A DNA stretch of 64,000 nucleotides from Bdellovibrionales bacterium (GTDB lineage Bacteria; Bdellovibrionota; Bdellovibrionia; Bdellovibrionales; JAUICD01). Both the position numbers and the translations under genes were made by a program. Shown here piece after piece: positions 51,582-61,404 of this stretch. Each line of letters begins with the position of its first letter. Position 1 is the first letter of the stretch. Below the pieces are notes generated by a model. That model had not been told where the DNA came from. It saw only the letters and a list, made by a program, of their open reading frames with translations, and did no database searches. The DNA lies in assembly GCA_965262715.1 (NCBI GenBank), contig OZ253553.1:384001-448000 (forward strand), written 5' to 3'.

Positions 51582-53018
51582 GTGGGAATAATGCTTTCAG
51601 TAAAAATAAAATTTCTAGCAAAACGTCTTTTTCTTTTTTTAGCTTCTATAAAGCTAGCGGTTATTATTATTATAGCACTTATAGCTCTTAGCACTTGGGG
51701 CACTATTGTAGAGTCTAATTATGATGCCAGAACAGCGCAAGAGATTGTCTTTTACTCACCTTTAATGTCTTTTATTTTGTTTTTACTAGTGATCAATTTG
51801 CTGTTTTCTATGATCAAAAAATTTCCTTGGCAAAAAAAACATCTACCATTTTTATTGGCGCATATAGGTATTTTAGTTGTAATTTTAGGGTCTTATGTCA
51901 CTCAAAAGTGGGGCATAGATGGTTCAATGGCTTTTCGCATAGGTCAAAAGCGTAACTGGATGTCCACTACAGAAACTTTTATTCATATCTACTTAGCTAA
52001 GAATGATCAGATTTTTCTTCCTCACAGAATCCTAAGCCAAAAAGTGCATTTTTTAAGAAATCCTCCAAAAAATTTAAAATTAAAAGTTCAAGATCATATT
52101 TTAGTGATTGATAAGTTTCATCCCTACACGCGTCCTGAGACACAAATAACAGCTTCTGATAAACCTTTTGCTAAACCTGCCATTCATTTTGTCATACAAA
52201 ATGCATTTGCATCCATCTCTGAATGGTTGACTTTGGAGGACAAACTGACAGCTTACAAAGATTTTGGCCCTTTGAGAGTTGTTTTAACTTCGCAAAAAGA
52301 AACTCCAAAAGAAGTTAAGGGCAATACTATTTTACTGTCGTCGCCTTCTTCACTCGAGTTAAAAGAAGATATCAATTATGTCTTGTTTTCTAAAGAGAAG
52401 TTGATTGAAGAAGGAGTGATGAGTGCTGGTGATGTTCTTGATACACCATGGATGCGGGGTCGAATGATATCAAAAGAGGGAAGTTCAACAAATGTAAAGA
52501 TGCGTCTTTTGAAACTACTCCCAAAGGCTTTGAGAGAAACAAAATACAATGTTCGAAAACGCCCTACTGATCTTACTATTCCTGCTATACATGTCCGTTT
52601 GCAAGATCAATCCTCTTGGATTGGTCTTAATTCTTTCAGCAGGCTTTCTGTAAACAATAAAACATATATTGTATCCTATGCAGAAAATAAACTGGGTATT
52701 GGTTTTGATATGCAATTAACACAATTTAAGGTTAAGCATTACCCAGGGAGTTTAAAGGCGGCATCTTATGAGAGTGAGGTGTTAGTAGATGGCCAGAAAC
52801 ACATTATTTCTATGAACAATCCTTTTAAAAAAAATGGCTTTACATTTTATCAGGCAAGTTTTCAGAAGGATGAAAATGGCGATCCTTTTATGTCTATTTT
52901 ATCTGTGAACCGTGATCAAGGAAGGTTCTTAAAGTACTTTGGATCATTTTTATTAGTTTTTGGCATCATTCTTTTATTTCAAAAACGCAATAAAAAAATA
53001 GCATTAACTTCTCGTTAA
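51582..53018 (+). CDS. resB: Cytochrome c biogenesis protein ResB/CcsB-like
   Basis: LASIKLAV, GTIVES, AHIG, ISMNNP, TFYQASF, LSVNRDQG. Confidence 0.8.
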   Translation: MGIMLSVKIKFLAKRLFLFLASIKLAVIIIIALIALSTWGTIVESNYDARTAQEIVFYSPLMSFILFLLVINLLFSMIKKFPWQKKHLPFLLAHIGILVVILGSYVTQKWGIDGSMAFRIGQKRNWMSTTETFIHIYLAKNDQIFLPHRILSQKVHFLRNPPKNLKLKVQDHILVIDKFHPYTRPETQITASDKPFAKPAIHFVIQNAFASISEWLTLEDKLTAYKDFGPLRVVLTSQKETPKEVKGNTILLSSPSSLELKEDINYVLFSKEKLIEEGVMSAGDVLDTPWMRGRMISKEGSSTNVKMRLLKLLPKALRETKYNVRKRPTDLTIPAIHVRLQDQSSWIGLNSFSRLSVNNKTYIVSYAENKLGIGFDMQLTQFKVKHYPGSLKAASYESEVLVDGQKHIISMNNPFKKNGFTFYQASFQKDENGDPFMSILSVNRDQGRFLKYFGSFLLVFGIILLFQKRNKKIALTSR

Positions 53019-53083
53019 GTTTTGTTTTATAGTTAAATATTTATGAAATAAGCCTGTTTGCCTTTGTTTTTCAGTGATTTTAC

Positions 53084-53112
53084 TTGACTTTCATTAAAAA
53101 GCTTATTATGTT
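53084..53112 (+). promoter_or_regulatory. sigma70-type promoter conserved ahead of all four tandem zincin-like paralogs
   Basis: TTGACT-N17-TATGTT; equivalents at 58409 (TATTGA), 60222 (CATACT), 61340 (TATGTT). Confidence 0.65.
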
Positions 53113-54414
53113 CGGTTTTTCTTATCCTAAGAATTGTACATATAGATGATGCAGAGGTAAACAATGAAGATCAACAAGTTTTATAATTTTTTAGTTTTTA
53201 TAACAGTAATGAGCTTAAGCTTTTATTTATTGACTCAAAAATTATATGCAGGCGAAACGGATGAATTAAATGGATCAGATGAGTGTGGAGATGTTTTAAG
53301 TGTTGTAGAGGCACTGTCGCCGCCGGCATTAAAAAAAGTTGGAGCATCAAATTCAGAAATAGTAGCAGCTCCTATGAGTAATGTTCAGGGTGTTATGAAA
53401 GGTATATTTTCGTTTCTTGTAAATGAACAAAAACAAGAAATTGAAATTGAGTATAAGCTTGACGGTGACATTGACAAAAGGTTTCTTTCTCGAGTAAATT
53501 TTGGATTCTTGGGGAAAGTTCTTGATGAAATGCCAGCTGGTCCTTTAAGTAAGGTGAGTAAAATAACTGTTGTAATTACAAAGGATCCTGAGATTTTAAT
53601 TCATTCAGGAAGAGCATTTGATATTACTCGTCCTACTTCTGAAAGAAAAGAGATATTACAGCTAGAAGAAACTTACTATAATCCTGTGGCTGGTGACATA
53701 ACTCTTGTGATTCCCTATTTATTTAATGTGCCTCATTTGCGTGATGTGTTGTCTTTACGTCGCGTGAGCAGTTTCTATTTTGGTTTTCTTCAGAAGTATT
53801 TGATCCGTAACATGCGACATAAATTAGGACATGTTATGGCCTACTACTACGAATATGGAAGGTTTGAGCCTGATCAAGAATGGCATGATGCGATTTTAGC
53901 AGATAACCGAAGTGTTTCTAAATATGGTGATAAAAATCCAGAGGAGGATTTTGCTGAAGCCATGAAGGTTTATCTAGAGACGAATGCTGGACTTAATCGT
54001 CCAGACATTGTAAGACAATATGCTCATCGTTTTGAGATTTTAGATGAAATTGTAGGTGTAAGCTCTTTTCAAAGAAGGATAATTGCAGAAGGGAATCGCT
54101 GACTTGAAGAACAAATTCATGAAATCAATTATCTTCAAAAATAAAAGAGTTCTTGTTAGAATATTCTAAAGGAATGAGACTGATAAGAGTTTTAGCAAGT
54201 AAAGCACTTACTTTGGGTAGAAATAAACCACTGGATTTTACTTCATTGAGTACATCTTCAGTGAGAGAAAACTTAATAAGGAAATTAGTTTGGCCTGGCT
54301 TATTATATATTCCTGATCCTGATGATATAGCAAACACTCCTGGGTTTATTAGAGATACTATTGACTCACTAGATACACTTTCTATTTCTGAAATGGAGCG
54401 TCGTCTTTATATTT

Positions 54415-55752
54415 CGTAACTTCAAATCGCAAGTGCAACTCTTTTGTGTTTATAGATATTTTTAAAAGTTGTATCACTTTAGGATTAATATTCCAACAAA
54501 GTTTTAATTATCATGAAAGATTATTGTAAATTATTTAATTTGAATGAATGTATTTTGATGTTTATGGCAAAGTCTCGTAGTCCTCAAGCTAAAGCTCTGC
54601 GGAAGAACGATCCTTTGCCATAAACATCAAGCTGTCAAATAAGCATCTTCAGAAGTTATTATATATAAGTAAAATTAAATGGATAAACTATGAATAACTT
54701 CAGCAAACCATCTTTTGTCTATGAAACTCATTAGGAGTTAGAAAACCTAAACTCTTTCGAGGGCGATGGTTTAAAAGAGACTCAACCTTTTTTACATCCT
54801 TAGAGGCGATTTCTCTAAAATCTGTCTTCTTTGGAAAATACTGACGGATTAAACCATTCGTGTTCTCATTTAAACCTCTCTGATATGAACTGTAAGGATG
54901 TGCAAAATAAACTTTACATCCAGTATATTCACTGATCTTCTCATGACACGAAAATTCTTTACCATTATCCAAAGTCATTGTATGAACAACCTCTCCTTTA
55001 AGAGCTTTAGAAATAGCATGAAAAACTGCCTCAGATCTCTTAGATGCTATTTTGACAATCCTCGTCTTCTTAGAACATCTATCTACCAGCGTGACTAAAG
55101 CTCCTTTATGATGTCTACCTATCATTAGATCACCTTCCCAGTCTCCTATCCGAAGCTTCTTATCTACTATCTTAGGCCTTTTATCAATGCTCACTCTATT
55201 CTTTATCTGACCCCTTTTATCAAATCTACTTGTACCATATCGCTTCTTCCGTTGCCTCTGATATCTTAAAAATTTGTAGAGATCTCCTCCTGATTGCTTA
55301 TCTCCAAGAATATGCTGATAAATACTCTCATGACTTATAGACAAACCTTCTCGTTTAAGAAAACCGGATATCTGTTCCGGACTCAAACGATCACGAAGAA
55401 ACCTCTCAAGCTTATTAATGACTTTTTGTGTTATCTTTATATGTCTATGAGAGTTTTGAAGACGATCGACTGCTTTTTCATGGGCTTGTTGAGGACGATA
55501 ACCTCGCAAACCTTTGTTGCGATTCAATTCCCTATATATGGTGCTTTTATCTCGACCTACCTGAGTAGCAATTGAACTTATTGATTTTCCACTTTGCAAA
55601 AAAGCTAAAATCTGGTATCTCTCATGTTGGGTTAGATGAGTGTAATTGCTCATGGAATACTCCTTTCATTATTTAAAGAGATTGATTAGAGTATTCCTCT
55701 AACCCGCTTTAAATAACTATGCAAGGAGTTGCACTTGCAACTTGAATCCACC
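54415..55752 (-). mobile_element. IS30-family element, copy 3 (TSD TTT)
   Basis: Same TIRs and length; TSD confirmed by host frame restoration. Confidence 0.97.
54700..55653 (-). CDS. IS30-family transposase
   Basis: Near-identical to the other two copies. Confidence 0.98.
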   Translation of the reverse strand: MSNYTHLTQHERYQILAFLQSGKSISSIATQVGRDKSTIYRELNRNKGLRGYRPQQAHEKAVDRLQNSHRHIKITQKVINKLERFLRDRLSPEQISGFLKREGLSISHESIYQHILGDKQSGGDLYKFLRYQRQRKKRYGTSRFDKRGQIKNRVSIDKRPKIVDKKLRIGDWEGDLMIGRHHKGALVTLVDRCSKKTRIVKIASKRSEAVFHAISKALKGEVVHTMTLDNGKEFSCHEKISEYTGCKVYFAHPYSSYQRGLNENTNGLIRQYFPKKTDFREIASKDVKKVESLLNHRPRKSLGFLTPNEFHRQKMVC

Positions 55753-56061
55753 TTTTTAATGAAGGTAGTAAATTCATAGAAGAAATGGAAGAAGAAGATG
55801 CAGCTGATGAACATCCATATACTCTGTTTGAGAGAGTTGTTAGAGAAGTTCAAAGCAGGCCAGAATAGGAATAGATTTCTATAAACAAGATGTTTCCATC
55901 TACTAGGTATAGGTGAAAAGCAAAAGCCAACTTTTATGATTTTTATCAAACTTTTATAATCAAAAAACAAATTTAGGTTTGTACAATACTGTACTTTTTT
56001 AAGGCTCATATCTCTTGAGCCGTAAGGCGATGGTAACTAATGGCGTAGGAGGAAACTTTTT

Positions 56062-58015
56062 CCTGACTTCGTCATTTTCGTTTACTTTTGATATTGATAA
56101 GTACGTTTTGAGTTCTTAGGAAGCTTATCAATTCGGGATTTTCATTTTTTTTAATTTTTGTTGTTTCTTGTAGTGTCCCTTGCTATTGACAGAGCTTTTT
56201 AATATTGCGATCTTGTTTTTATGAGCATGTTTGTCCGCCTTGTAAAAAGACCAAATGACCATGTTTCCGTAAGGATCGTTGAGAATAAACGGATCAATGG
56301 AAAGATGAAACAAAAGAATGTCTGCTGCATAGGACACACTCATAAGGATAAGGTCAAAGAGATTTCAAGATTTCAAAAGATAGGCGAGGAAATGATTATA
56401 AAGATAAAGAATGAAATCAATCCTGCATTTGAAGGTTTGGAGTCAGTCCATACACCTCAGAAAAGGAAACAAGGTGTTCCTGATAATATGATATGTTTAG
56501 AGACATTGAAAGAGAAGGCTCGTGTTCATCAAGGAATAGAAGATGTATTTGGTAAGTCATTTGAGCAATTAGAGCTTCATAAGATTATAGGAGATGGTTA
56601 TAAGACAGGAGAGTTTAATACGCTTTTAAAAGAGATTGTTCTTGCTCGCTTAAGTGATCCATCAAGTAAGAGAAAAAGTGTTAAAGATATAGAGAGACAT
56701 CGTTATCAGCAATTTGATTTAAATAAAGTGTATCGGATGATGGATAAGCTGTATAAGAGAGAGGATGAGATAAAAGCAAGGATGTTTCGTAGGACATTGA
56801 GTTTATTAGAGGAAGAAGTACATGTTTTATTTTTTGATGTGACGACATTATATTTTGAGAGTTTTGATCCGGATACACTTCGGTTATGTGGTTATAGCAA
56901 AGACAATAAGGTGAAAGAGACTCAAGTGGTACTAGCTCTTATGACAAGTGTAGAAGGTCTTCCTGTAGGTTATGAGCTTTTCCCGGGTAATACGTATGAA
57001 GGTAAGACATTGATCAGAGTTATAGAAAAGATTGAGAAGACATATAGTATTTTAGATGTATCCATAGTAGCAGATAGGGCGATGTTTACAAGGCAAAACT
57101 TACAAGCACTAAATGAGAAGGGGACTAAGTTTATAGTAGCTGCTAAGCTAAAGACAATGTCTAGAGTTATGAAGTCCCAAATAGTTACAGATGTACAAGA
57201 GAGTCGGAAGCAGATGCCTAACAAGTCTTTTTTTAGTAAGAGTTATGAATATGAGAATCAGAGATTAATTATAAGTTATAGTAAGGATAGAGCTTATCAA
57301 GATGAGAAGAATCGTTTAAATCTTATTGAGAGGCTTAAAAAACAGATGCATGGAGATAAGATATCTTTATCGAGTCTTATAAAGAATACAGGGACTAAGA
57401 AGTATCTTAAGATTGACAAAAAAAATAAACAAGAGGCAACTTTAAATCAAAAGAAAATAGATGAAGAAGCTCGATGGGATGGTATTCACGGAGTTATCAC
57501 TAATCATAAACCAGAGGATTTAAAACCATCAGAGATCTTAGAAAGATACAAGGGTTTATGGCAGATAGAGAATGCTTTTAGAGTTAATAAGCATGACCTT
57601 AAGATGCGTCCTATCTACCATTGGACACCGAGAAGAATTAGGGCTCATATATTAATTTGTTATATAGCATATAGTGTACTGACCTTTATTAAATTTCAAT
57701 TAAAACAGAAGAACATTGATCTTAGCTTCAAGAGACTTAGGGATGAGTTAAAGATTATACAATATAGTATTGTATTAGATAAGACGACGAACAAGAGATT
57801 CATTTTACCTTCAAACATCACAAGTCTTCATAAACAAATTTATGAAGCTCTTAATATCAAATTCACTCAAGCAAGATTCTTAGGAGAAAAAGAGTTTCTA
57901 ACAAGTTAAATACAACTATAAAACTCTCTCAAATAAACAAAAGGTGTAGTGACCCCTGAACTACCTAAACTATTGTAATCATTACATGACGCATGCGCAA
58001 TATGACGAAGTCAGG
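56062..58015 (+). mobile_element. IS1634-family element with 251-bp direct repeats (55811-56061, 58016-58266)
   Basis: TIR CCTGACTTCGTCAT / ATGACGAAGTCAGG, with the repeats abutting both ends. Confidence 0.95.
56221..57909 (+). CDS. IS1634-family transposase
   Basis: FFDVTTLYFE, GYSKD, VADRAM, YKGLWQIENAFRVNK..LKMRPIYHW. Confidence 0.95.
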   Translation: MSMFVRLVKRPNDHVSVRIVENKRINGKMKQKNVCCIGHTHKDKVKEISRFQKIGEEMIIKIKNEINPAFEGLESVHTPQKRKQGVPDNMICLETLKEKARVHQGIEDVFGKSFEQLELHKIIGDGYKTGEFNTLLKEIVLARLSDPSSKRKSVKDIERHRYQQFDLNKVYRMMDKLYKREDEIKARMFRRTLSLLEEEVHVLFFDVTTLYFESFDPDTLRLCGYSKDNKVKETQVVLALMTSVEGLPVGYELFPGNTYEGKTLIRVIEKIEKTYSILDVSIVADRAMFTRQNLQALNEKGTKFIVAAKLKTMSRVMKSQIVTDVQESRKQMPNKSFFSKSYEYENQRLIISYSKDRAYQDEKNRLNLIERLKKQMHGDKISLSSLIKNTGTKKYLKIDKKNKQEATLNQKKIDEEARWDGIHGVITNHKPEDLKPSEILERYKGLWQIENAFRVNKHDLKMRPIYHWTPRRIRAHILICYIAYSVLTFIKFQLKQKNIDLSFKRLRDELKIIQYSIVLDKTTNKRFILPSNITSLHKQIYEALNIKFTQARFLGEKEFLTS

Positions 58016-58480
58016 ACATCCATATACTGTGTTTGAGAGAGTTGTTAGAGAAGTTCAAAGCAGGCCAGAATAGGAATAGATTTCTATAAACAAGATGTTT
58101 CCCTCTACTAGGTATAGGTGAAAAGCAAAAGCCAACTTTTATGATTTTTATCAAACTTTTATAATCAAAAAACAAATTTAGGTTTGTATAATACTGTACT
58201 TTTTTAAGGCTCATATCTCTTGAGCCGTAAGGCGATGGCTACTAATAGCGTAGGAGGAAACTTTTTAGGCGTAAAAGTTTAAAGTAGATCCCTGTTACCT
58301 GATACTGAGGCCAGAGTGCCGGTTTGCCAGATCCCAGAAAAAAAGGATGCTTAAGTAGTTATGAACCTACTTAAAGGTTATTTCTCCTTAAACTTCAAAT
58401 GGTTTAATTTGACTTTCATTAAAAAGGTATTTATTGATCTCTTATTAATTATTAATGACTAGATGAAGAAATGATGGGGG

Positions 58481-59956
58481 ATGAGAATCAGTAAATATTA
58501 TAAATCTTTAGTTTTTATGGCATCAGTAAGCTTGGCCCTTTGTTTATTTGTTCGAAATTTACATGCAAATAAAGTCAGTAAATGTGAAGATGCTTTAATG
58601 ACTATACCTTCAGTGTTAGAACTGGCTAATTCGTCTTCAAATACAGAAATGATAGAAGTTTCTACGATCAATAATTTTAACTCTATGGAGGGTATATTTT
58701 CCTTTCCTATAAACGATCAACAAAAAAAAGAAATTAAAATTGAATATAAGCTTTATAGCGTTGATGTTGATATGTATTTTCTTTCTCAGGTGAGTTTTAA
58801 ATTTTTAAAAAGGGTTCTTGATGAAATGCCAGCAAGCCTCTTAAGCAAGGTGGATAAAATTACTGTTTTATTTACAGAGAAGTTCAGATTAGAAGCTTTG
58901 CCTAATCCTAGTAGGAGAGAAACATTAAAGTTAGAAGAAATCTCTTACCCTCGTACTGAAGCCAATGAAATAACTCTTGTGATTCCTTATTTATACCTTC
59001 ATAAATATTATTCACCTTATCTTTTTAAAAATTATTCTGATAATATCTACTTTGGTTTTCTCTCCGAGCATCTTAATTTGTATCTTCATGAATATTATTC
59101 GTCTTATCTTTTTAAAAATTATTCTGATAATATCTACTTTGGTTTTCTCCACGAGCATCTTATCTATAGAATGCGGCATAAACTAGGGCATGTTATGGCC
59201 TATCACAGGTATAGAGAGCTCACCTCTGATCAAAGGTGGCATGATGCTATTGCACAAGATAATGAGAGTGTTTCTCAATATGGTGATGTAAATATGGCAG
59301 AAGATTTTGCTGAAGCCATGAGGGTTTATCTAGAGACGAATGCTGGACTTAATCATCCAGACATTGCAAAAAAATACTCTCATCGCTTTGCAATTTTGGA
59401 TGAGGTTGTGGGTCTGGATTCTTCTGAAAGGAAAAGAATTTCTGAAAGAAACCATTTATTTGAAAAACAAATTCAAGAAGTGAATTACTTATTTAGACAA
59501 TTGGGCATAGTTGATAATAATGGAGCAGTTATAGTGTATTATAAAGGCGAAGGTGAAGTTATAAATGAAGATACTCCTAGAGAAATAATAGAGGTTTTGC
59601 CGGGAAACCCTGATTGGATAGTCACGATGAGGATTCTAGCAAATAAGGCACTTGCTTTACATAGAAATAAGCCATTGAATTTTACATCGTTGGACACATC
59701 TTCCGTGAGAGAAATTTTAATAAGAAAATTAATTTGGCCTGGTCTACTATTTTTACCTCGAAATAATGGAGAAAACACATCTCAATTTATTAGAGACACT
59801 ATTGACTCACTAGATGCGCTCTCCACTTCTGAAATAGAACATCGTCTTTATGTCTTTGAAAAAGTTTTCAAGATCATGGTATCGAAAAACTCAAATGAAG
59901 AAGCAGATGTTATGTTTGAGAAAGCCATTGAGGAAGTTCAAAGTAGAGCAGATTAA
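58481..59956 (+). CDS. Zincin-like paralog 2 (HKLGH), full length
   Basis: Signal LHA|N, CEDAL, MRHKLGH, AEDFAE, C-terminal LNFTS...LSTSEIEHRL; 29-aa internal duplication. Confidence 0.85.
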   Translation: MRISKYYKSLVFMASVSLALCLFVRNLHANKVSKCEDALMTIPSVLELANSSSNTEMIEVSTINNFNSMEGIFSFPINDQQKKEIKIEYKLYSVDVDMYFLSQVSFKFLKRVLDEMPASLLSKVDKITVLFTEKFRLEALPNPSRRETLKLEEISYPRTEANEITLVIPYLYLHKYYSPYLFKNYSDNIYFGFLSEHLNLYLHEYYSSYLFKNYSDNIYFGFLHEHLIYRMRHKLGHVMAYHRYRELTSDQRWHDAIAQDNESVSQYGDVNMAEDFAEAMRVYLETNAGLNHPDIAKKYSHRFAILDEVVGLDSSERKRISERNHLFEKQIQEVNYLFRQLGIVDNNGAVIVYYKGEGEVINEDTPREIIEVLPGNPDWIVTMRILANKALALHRNKPLNFTSLDTSSVREILIRKLIWPGLLFLPRNNGENTSQFIRDTIDSLDALSTSEIEHRLYVFEKVFKIMVSKNSNEEADVMFEKAIEEVQSRAD

Positions 59957-60303
59957 TTCTTTCTCACCAGCGGCAGAGAAGCCCTAACTGCTGAACCTTT
60001 ATGGCTTTATAAGTTGATGAAAGAATAAAACTTTTTTAAAGTCTATATTTCATTATATTGTGGTTTAAGTGTATAGGCATGTTATAAGTTTTCTATATTA
60101 TAGATTCCTATATAATGTAAATTCTCCAAAGTTGACTTTGGTAATTTTTAAGAATATAAGTCATTTTCCCTTTTGATATGTACTCGTGTTACCGTGTTAG
60201 CTCATAATAAGTTGATTTTACTTGACTTTTGTTAAAAGACTGGCCATACTCAATTTTTCTCATATCAGCAATAATGATGAAGTGGAAAGGTGAAAGGTGA
60301 AAG

Positions 60304-61209
60304 GTGAAGATAAATAGGTGTTATAGACTCTTAATTTTTATCGTGTTTATGGGTTTGGCCCCTTGGTTTTTATTTGTTGAAAATGCGTATGCAATGGAGC
60401 ATAAGTGTGAAGACGCTGTAATAAGAGCACCTTTAATAAGTGTACCTTTAATAAGTGTACCTTCAATATTAAAACCAGTTGGCACATCATCAAATACGGA
60501 AATAACAAGTACTTTTATAGTTGATACTCCTGGCGTTTCTATTGTTAAAAGAGGTACATTTTTCTTTGTTGCGGATCAACAAAAACAAGAAATCGAAATT
60601 GAACATAGAAGGTCTCATGATTTACATTTTCTTAACAAATATCTTTTTGAGCTAGAGTTTAAACTTGTAAAGAGAATCCTTGATCAAATGCCGGCTGTTT
60701 TCTTAAGTAAGGTAAATAAAGTGACTGTTTTGTTCTCGGGGAGATTCGAATTATCAATCCCATTTGCTAATGATGGTACACATGAAACACTACAATTAGA
60801 GGAGGCTGATTATAGTCCTATGGCTAATGAAATAACTCTTGTCATTCCTTACTTTCATACATTTTCCTCACCTTCTTCTCCTGACTCATTAGATATCTAT
60901 CCTGGTAGTTATTTTGTTTCTCTTTATCATCATCTTATTCACAGAATGCGACATAAATTAGGACATATTGTGGCTTACCACAAATATGGACAGATCACTC
61001 CTGATCAAAGGTGGCGTGATGCGATTTTAGCAGATAACCAAAGTATTTCTCAAGGTGATATAAATATGGCAGAGAACTTTGCTGAAGCTATGGAGCTTTA
61101 TTTAAGAACGAATGCGGGGCTTGACTATCCAGATATTGCAAGAGAGTATGCCCATCGGTTTAAAGTTTTAGATGAAATTATAGGACTAGATTCTTCTCAA
61201 AGAAGGTAA
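60304..61209 (+). CDS. Zincin-like paralog 3 (HKLGH), lacks C-terminal domain
   Basis: Signal AYA|M, CEDAV, MRHKLGH, AENFAE; stops at SSQRR*. Confidence 0.8.
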   Translation: MKINRCYRLLIFIVFMGLAPWFLFVENAYAMEHKCEDAVIRAPLISVPLISVPSILKPVGTSSNTEITSTFIVDTPGVSIVKRGTFFFVADQQKQEIEIEHRRSHDLHFLNKYLFELEFKLVKRILDQMPAVFLSKVNKVTVLFSGRFELSIPFANDGTHETLQLEEADYSPMANEITLVIPYFHTFSSPSSPDSLDIYPGSYFVSLYHHLIHRMRHKLGHIVAYHKYGQITPDQRWRDAILADNQSISQGDINMAENFAEAMELYLRTNAGLDYPDIAREYAHRFKVLDEIIGLDSSQRR

Positions 61210-61216
61210 ACAGCCT

Positions 61217-61283
61217 CTAGCTTTGGGTATCATTACTTTTGTTCCAAAAACGCAATAAAAAAATAGCATTAGCTTCTCGCTAA
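61217..61283 (+). pseudogene. resB: Orphan copy of the resB-like 3' end
   Basis: LALGII/LLFQKRNKKIALASR* vs LVFGIILLFQKRNKKIALTSR* at 52953-53018. Confidence 0.88.
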
Positions 61284-61404
61284 GTCCTGTTTTTATAGCT
61301 ATTTAAAGGTTGTTTGGCTGTTCTTTTACTTGACTTCATTTGACTTTTATTAAAAAGCCCATTATGTTCGGCTTTTCTTATCTTAAATTGTACATGGTGT
61401 ATAG

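Larger units (their letters stand above)
53164..55868 (+). pseudogene. Zincin-like paralog 1 (HKLGH): TGA at 54100, frameshift, then IS30 insertion
   Basis: Read-through NR*LEEQIHEINYL; removing IS30 and one TTT restores YIFNEGSKF...REVQSRPE*. Confidence 0.85.

Noticed and set aside
54100..54102. TGA recoding / alternative genetic code
   Set aside because: TGA is the normal stop of asd and the IS30 transposases; read-through soon meets a frameshift
55686..58214. Duplicate ORFs MSLKKVQY (55686-56009, 58011-58214)
   Set aside because: Products of the 251-bp target duplication, running into IS ends
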